Origin: Giardia intestinalis
Lineage: Eukaryota
Reading direction: 5' to 3' (one strand)
Assembly: GCA_000002435.2 (NCBI GenBank)
Contig: CM018792.1
DNA length: 64,000 nucleotides
How positions within the stretch are numbered: position 1 is the stretch's first letter; every line of letters begins with the position of its first letter. The notes beneath the pieces were generated by a model. That model ran no database searches. It worked only from the letters and a program-made list of their open reading frames with translations, and had not been told where the DNA came from. The position numbers and the translations under genes are program-made. Below, in pieces: positions 45,401-51,400 of the stretch.

Positions 45401-48400
45401 GCGAGGAGGCTCGTCTTCAAAGCCATCTTCCACGCTGGATTCGTCCGTGTCCACAATCAATGGAGAAAAAACAGAGTTGAATAAGGCATCAGTCAGGACG
45501 CCAGTGAGTGGAACTGTAGTTAGTTGAGAATAGAGGACCGCAAACGAAAGCGGAAGACGTGCGTAGGGTGCACAGATTCTGTACTGCTGATTGGCATAAA
45601 TAGTTGTCACCACTGGATGTGAAGAGAGGTTGCGTCTGCAGCGTGAGAGTAGTTCCTCTGCGGCCAGCACATTTGTCATAAATGACTGGACCTTTGCAAG
45701 AATATCGCGAGCAAAAAGATTCATAAATTGGAAACAGTTTGGATTGGGACTCTCATCTGTATAGAATTTCGGAACAGAAAGCCGAGTCCCGCAGCGTCTT
45801 CTGTCCAGAAGATTAAGGTTGTCCAGAAATGAGATGAACGGAAGGGTGTAAACAGATTCGTGTTCATGAACGTTTTGCTGTCCCATACTATTGAGCTTCC
45901 ACACAACTTCATGCTTTGATTTTGCAAAAATACAGATATGCTTCAAACAGCTTAATATCTCAATCGTCACTTTCTTAACATCATTTGGAGAAAGCTTGAG
46001 TAGCGTGAGGTCGGCTATCCCATCATAGATTGCGTTTGTCAGGGCAATAAGCTCTGGGAGAAGCTTTCTAACATTGCCAATAGCTATGACGAAATTTCTG
46101 CAGAAGATCAGTTTGTCCTCTATTATGCGAGCCATCTTTGCAACCTTAGGTATAACTCCTTTGTCAGCCAAAATAGCTGTCACAATGAAGATACCTTCTC
46201 GCAGAGCCTTCAATAGATAGGGGTGTGTGTTAAAGAATGGTAGTGTAATGCGTGCGGGTCCATCATAGCTACGCCTCTTCCTGATAAGGGGTGCCCTGGT
46301 TCGTTGGTTGCCCAGCAAGACCTTGGATTGGACGTGCCTTTGATCCCTGGAGATTAATATTGATTTAGCGCGTGCCTGCTTAGTAGTATCGTTCGTTTCC
46401 TTAATGGGAGTTTGTGAGCTAAGTGTTGAGTTGCCCGGTTGATGCGACAATGAAGCATCATCATCTCTGGATGCAATCGATGGTTGAGGTGCAATAATGG
46501 TGAGAGCCTTGATGCGAGGTTTTAGCAACGGAAGCGTTGTCTTTCTGTTGGTGCACCCAGCTATCCTTCCGAACGGTGTCTCAAACAGATCAAAGGCGTC
46601 CTCATCTGAAGAATCGGTGCAATGCCGGTGCTGGTCTTTGAATGCCTCCGCCAAATCGCTCTTGGTCTCACTTCCTGGTGCAGTGGCGTCTTCAATCACT
46701 TCTGTGACACCAACAGTCCTTCTAGGTAAAAGAATGCCACTTTTCTGAACTACGGGGACAAGAGAATTAGAGTCAGAGATTTCTGTTTTAATAGCCTCTG
46801 CTGCATCGGCATTGTGCTCACCAAAAGTGAAGTCAAGATCTCCAAGCACACGTGCAATCTCGTCATTTAGATGCAGATTGATCGTGTAATATGTTATAAA
46901 AATATCTATATTATGCAGCCAGTAGTATATTTCTAGCAATCTATTTTCTGCAGAATAATTTAGGAGATATTGCTTATTAATCTGGCTTGCCAGCTGATGA
47001 TTAAATGGAGAAATGAGCTCCAGACTATCCCGGATGCTTATGGAGGAGTGATCAGAAAAGCCTTTCCAGTCTTGGCTCAAGGTAGTTGGTTCATCAAATG
47101 TACATGCATGCTCTAAGCATTGATTCAGAAAGTAGGAAGCAAAGTGGTTAGAATTGAAAAGAAGCCGAATGGTGGAGAGAAATGAAAAATGCTGGATACC
47201 GTACAGAAGAAGTGAGACGACTAATAGGCGCAGTGTGGGTATCCATGTCCTATAGTTACATTCTAAGCGACAACACTCAAAGAGTGCGGTATTTTTAAAA
47301 CTATTAATCGTTTCTAATATTTTTGCAGAGATGATATCGGGCGAGTTATCCTTCAGTTTGATCACTGTTCGCACGTCCTTTTGCTTAACATATAGCGTTT
47401 GGAAGTACTTTATTTTGACGGGAAGCTTGATTACGTTCATGTGCATAGCAACATCCCGCAGTGACTGTAGGCCAGTGTTGGAAAGCAAGGTAAGCACTGG
47501 CGCATCGCGGATAGAGTTATCTAGAATAAACTGGCTGGCACGACTGGCGTTGGATATAGCCAATCTCGAGCCAGCTGCTATTGCAGAGACAACGCTAGTG
47601 ATCACAGTCTTCGCTGGAGCTCCATGAATGCTTGAAACGTTCGGTGGCGTATCTCCAACTGAGACGTGTTGATTGAATTGGCATTTAGCGGAGCGTACAG
47701 AGCGTGCAGTATCAATTGAAAAGCTATTTGCTGAAACTTCTCCAGCGGGCAACGGCAGTCCAAGTTGTGCGGTAGATATCTCAGAGGTGGTGTCACAGGC
47801 TGCTTGATCGTGGTCTTCGTGCAAGTTTTGGGCATGCTTAAGCAGTCTATCATCAAACGTGATAATCTGAGACGACTGGGACGGAGACGGTGGTGAAGTA
47901 GATTCTTTGTAAATAGAATCCCTAACCTTAGCAGCTGTTGGAGCAACTGATGAATCGATCATGGAGCCCGCTCCTTCAAGGTTTTCTTCCTGTACAACGG
48001 AAAGCTCCTGTTTGGCAGCTCGTGCTGTAAGTATAGATGGAAGCGATGAGGTTTTCGGTTTCTCCTTAGAACGCTGCGAGATTTGGAGCGTGCTCTGCTG
48101 CTTCAGTGTATATCCTGCCGAAATTTTTTCCCCATCAAGCAAGCTAAGAATAAACTTCATCCCTCTTGTTACGAAGGTATTGCTCTGTGTGTTCTTCTCA
48201 GAAATTAATACGGTGAGGTCATCCATACCTTTGGAAAGTAACTCTTCGTGACGGGGTGTATCAATGTTGGTCGTCAAGCCCTTAGGGGCATCGGCATCGA
48301 TACCATCAGTGGTAAAAATGGATGTTTCAAGGATTACTTGGTGTCTAGGATCATAGTCTTCATTGATTAAAAACTCTGCGGTGCTAGGTTCTATGAGTCT

Positions 48401-51400
48401 GTGGGCTGTGCTCTGATGATACGAATATTCCGAGTTGTATTGATCATGTCTGTCATTAAGGCTAGGTGCTGCATGGGCCAACATTGAAATGTTGCTACGC
48501 TCGGCCACATGCATCTTTCGGCTGCACAAAAAGATTGTGTCTATATATGTTAGGAAAAGTGACGGATTAAAAGCCGTCACTGGCTGATGCATTATTCGTG
48601 TGTAGGAGGCAAACATATCCACAATTGAAACGAGAAGTTGACAAGGGCTTTCAACCACTGAAAGAATGTCTCGAAAGCTTGGCTCCTCGATAGCCAAGGT
48701 GATCCCGAGAATCTCGCTCCATTGGGTTATTGCACCAAATATCTTAACAGTCTCCTTAACGAGAACATGTACCTCCGTGAAGATCGCATAGAGGTCATAG
48801 TACGGCGACGTATTACCTGTCTGCTTTTGGTCTGCAGACTGCTTCATTATAAGTGTGTTACCCGAGGCATGACTCATCTTTATCGTTCCCGATCTCGAGT
48901 CCTCGTCTAATTCATATATGCACTTTACCAGGAATCGAAAGAGCGACTCCAAATCGGTAATTAGTGGGTTGCTGCATAGATAGTCGTCTGTCGGCCGAGT
49001 ATAAAGAGTGATCATATGCCTCTGAAATGAACTGTGTCGCGTTATCGCCAAATTGGTGTGGCTTTGTACAAACTTTATGAATGCATAGGCGTCCTCCCCG
49101 TTTTGAGATTTAAAGTACTGTTCGAGTCTATTCAACACAATATTGCTCGTCAGGCGTGGATATTTTTCCTTGAACTCATGCGGTCGAGCCACAGAAGATA
49201 TCAGATCAGACGTTGTGAGCCGTGTTACTTCGTTCGCAAGGCCTATGCACAGTTGGCGCAAGTAGAGAAGATATTCTACACTGAGATAAATGAAATTAGA
49301 AAACGACTGGAGTCTCCGATCGATGTTTCTTTTGCAGGTGTTAATAAGTCGCCTGAAGTTGAGGATTTTTTCTATGAACGAAAGAATAAGATAATTATGC
49401 GCATATCCCCGAAGTTGCAGTTGAGAAAGCCTCATTGAAACAAGAATGGAGACCTTGGGCAGAGTTGCTTGACACTTAACTGCCTTTTCGAAGGGGAGCT
49501 TGGCAGGATCAATCTTGTTGCTTGCAACACGCTTCAGGTAGCGTGTCTTCCTTCGCTCATACTTACTACGATCCTTAGAGATCCTAGTCCAGAGCTGGAT
49601 GTCGAAGGCATGATCAAGCATCTGCTCAAACGTAATACGGTCCTCTGGAATAAATAGTAGATCTTTCTGGAGAAGATACCGGTGCACACTTAGGTCATGA
49701 AGCGAGTCCATGTCAGCAGCAGCGTGCTGATTGGTACGCTCGACTTCCGCTGGACTATCTTCTCTAGCTCCGTCTGTATGTACGGTGATGTCTTCCTTTT
49801 TATCAGCGGACCCTTCAGAATCTGAGTCGTCGCTTTGATGAATCGTCCCCTGTGATTCAGTCTGGACACCTGCCTTTAATTTGGCACTAACACCCAGATA
49901 CTCAAAGAGGCTTTGGACGTCTGTAATAGACGCAGTACTCTCAATGTAGGACAAGAGAGGTAGAAGATCTATGAGCATCTTGATCGCCGGGATCCAGCCA
50001 CATATGAACTTCTGGGCATCATCTAGGCCAGTGATGACCATATCCAAGTTATCCGGAGTGTCCATGTCGAGGCAGATCCTGTTCTCAAAGAAGGAAATGG
50101 TAGCAAAGGGTGTCTGTAAAACCTCACTGATTGTCTGGCGAACATGTTCACGAACGTGCTCGATTACAGCGATGAGCTTATTTATCAGTTGCTTCTTCAT
50201 TAGGGTGGTGTCATACATAATAAAATTGATATAGAATCGCGGATTGATTGGCAAGATTTCTTTTCTAATGTAATTTAGTATTCTATTAATTACTATAGTA
50301 GCGTTATCAACAATCACGTAAAGAAGGGAAGCCTCACGGTGCCGCTTTCTTATAGAATTCTTCTCTGATGAAGGCTTCCCCAGCCGTGGGAAAGGACAGT
50401 CAGATATGTGCGGCTCTTTGCTGGAACTCTGTTGTTGGGTGGTGGTAGCTAAGGACGCCGTCTCTGACCTGTCTGAGTGCTGTTCCTGTTCGCTATCCTG
50501 TTCTTCAACAGTACCAGGAATTGGAGTGGCAGCACTTGAGGAAGACTCCTTAGTAGGGTCACAAAGACCATATGAATTTAGATACTCGCCTGTAGTGAGT
50601 TGTACACTGAAGAGGGGGTTATTAAAGGTAAGTATTTCATCATGTAATATGTTAGTCATATCTGCCTGCTCTTCAACGACTAACTTGGCAGGACTCTGAT
50701 AAAGGAAGAGGGGTGGAGTAAATATAGACTCCGGTAACGAGTTATCTGTCTCCTGGGTGCTTGCATCATCCAGTAACCTCTTGAGCTGTTCGGCATCTTC
50801 GCTTGCAGTTAGATATCGATGTCGCAGGACATTATGCAATGCAATAGTGTGCAGTTTGTTCCGTTCTAGCTCTCTTGTGATGTTCTCTGAACATAGAAAG
50901 GCAGCTGAATAAATATTAGAAAGCAACTGGTCAAACTGCCGAAAAAACTGGCGATTGTAAGATATTATTAACAAATTTGACTTAGATCCCATTGAACTGG
51001 GCGGGCATCGGTATAGTATTTCCTTCAATGACGTGATATTGTTGAAGTTTTCTTCGAGGAGCTGCGCATAGCTGAGTCGAAGCCTCTTCCGTTCCTCAAA
51101 ATAGGCTAGCTCAAAGTCCGAATAACGTGATGCTATGATATCTTCCAGGTACACCTCTCGCTGAAGACGATCCTGAAATGTCTTGGGCTTAATAATATTG
51201 AAGGAGGTTAGATCTTGTTGTATGAGCTCAAGCTCCTTATGAACCAGTTGTTTGCAGTATCGCTTAAGTGGCGGTAGCTCAGAGTAGCCTTTCACGATGC
51301 TTTTAGATAAGAAAATCAAATTGGTAGTGAGGTGGTACTCGAGATCAGTATTAAGTCGATGTAAGGAGTGCACTAAATTGGTGACGACAGTCCGGATCAT